This document shows, piece by piece, positions 62,755-64,000 of a stretch of DNA of 64,000 bases (positions within the stretch are counted from its first letter, which is position 1; each line of letters starts with the position of its first letter). Source of the stretch: Octopus sinensis (lineage: Eukaryota); the NCBI RefSeq assembly GCF_006345805.1, contig NC_043023.1, positions 14,074,001 to 14,138,000 of the forward strand. The letters run 5' to 3'. The notes beneath the pieces are model-generated. The model ran no database searches. It was not told the origin of the DNA and saw only the letters and a list, made by a program, of their open reading frames with translations. Both the position numbers and the translations under genes were made by a program.

Positions 62755-62925
62755 GGCGGAGGAGTGGCTGTGTGGTAAGTAGCTTGCTAACCAACCACAT
62801 GGTTCCTGGTTCAGTCCCACTGCGTGGCACCTTGTGCAAGTGCCTTCCGCTATAGCCCCGGGCTGACCAATGCCTTGTGAGTGGATTTGATAGACGGAAA
62901 CTGAAAGAAGCCTGTCGTATATATG

Positions 62926-62956
<31 letters not shown>

Positions 62957-63170
62957 ATGTTTGTGTGTCTGTGTTTGTCCCCCTAGCATTGCTTGACAAC
63001 CGATGCTGGTGTGTTTACGTCCCCGTCACTTAGTGGTTCGGCAAAAGAAACCGATAGGATAAGTACAAGGCTTACAAAGAATAAGTCCTGGGGTTGATTT
63101 GCTCGACTAAAGGCGGTGCTCCAGCATGGCCGCAGTCAAATGACTGAAACAAGTAAAAGAGAGTAAAGAG
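62755..63170 (+). mobile_element. SINE family B, full length (fragment also at 62589-62703)
   Basis: Family B sequence. Confidence 0.9.
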
Positions 63171-63257
63171 TATAGTGCTAGTGCATGCATATACAGCTGC
63201 ATGTGCACACATACACGCGAGTAATGTCCAAATCTGCAACCAATCAAACAGGTAGCA

Positions 63258-64000
63258 TGGCACCTTGGGCAAGTGTCTTCTACTATAGCTTCAGGCCAAC
63301 CACAAGCCTTGTGAGTGGATTTGGTAGATAGAAACTTAAAGAAGCCCATCGTATAAGCGTAGGAGTGGCTGTGTGGTAAGTAGCTTGCTTACCAACCACA
63401 CGGTTCCGGGTTCAGTCCCACTGCGTGGCATCTTGGGCAAGTGTCTTCTACTATAGCCTCAGGCCAACCAAAGCCTTGTGAGTGGATTTGAAAGACGGAA
63501 ACTGAAAAAAAGCCTGTTGTATATATGTATATATATATAGGCGTGTGTGTGTTTGTGTGTCTGCGTTTGTCCCCCCAACATCGCTTGACAACAGATGCTG
63601 GTGTGTTTACGTCCCCGTAACTTGGCAGTTCGGCAAAAGAAACTGATAGAATAAGTACTGGGCTTACAAAGAATAAGTTCCGGGGTTGATTTGCTCGACT
63701 AAAAGGCGGTGCTCCAGCATGACCGCAGTCAAATGACTGAAACAAGTAAAAGAGTAAAAAAGAGAGTAAAGAGTATATATGTATATGTAATTATAAGTGT
63801 ATTTGTGTGTCTGTGTTTGTCCCCCCAACATCGCTTGACAACCGATGCTGGTGTGTTTATGTCCTGCAACTTAGCGGTTCGGCAAAAGAGACCGATAGAA
63901 TAAGTACTAGGCTTACAAAGAATAAGTCCTGGGGTCGATTTGCTTGACTAAAGGCAGTGCTCCAGCATAGCCACAGTCAAATAACTGAAACAAGTAAAAG
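63258..64000 (+). mobile_element. Cluster of SINE family B copies (fragment 63258-63352, full 63357-63770, 3' half 63800-64000)
   Basis: Family B sequence repeated head to tail. Confidence 0.9.

Overview
Eukaryotic, repeat-dominated genomic DNA. The SINE repertoire looks like octopus/coleoid cephalopod, but that is recognition, not a database result. No intact host gene is visible. Bases 1-~46,140 are a composite tandem array of about 7 units (4.5-8.8 kb). Read on the minus strand, a unit is [Ty3/gypsy LTR+gag remnant with a SINE, in 5 units] - unassigned ~350-450 bp module - RTE-type RT fragment - ~180-190 bp piece of 28S rDNA ending at the R2 target site - decayed R2 retrotransposon (3 zinc fingers + Myb, R2-A-type architecture) - ~309 bp subrepeats. 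There is no other rDNA. All units share the same RTE::28S fusion, yet they carry at least three different R2 5' junctions and two 3' truncations in shuffled combinations. One junction class has a 9-copy 17-23 nt tandem repeat at the 28S/R2 boundary. Bases ~46,140-64,000 are SINE- and microsatellite-rich DNA with two non-autonomous Helitrons, a 118-bp-arm palindrome, a Penelope-like GIY-YIG remnant, several minimal hammerhead-ribozyme motifs, an RTE LINE remnant and a fold-back hairpin. Coordinates were read by eye; interior boundaries are approximate.
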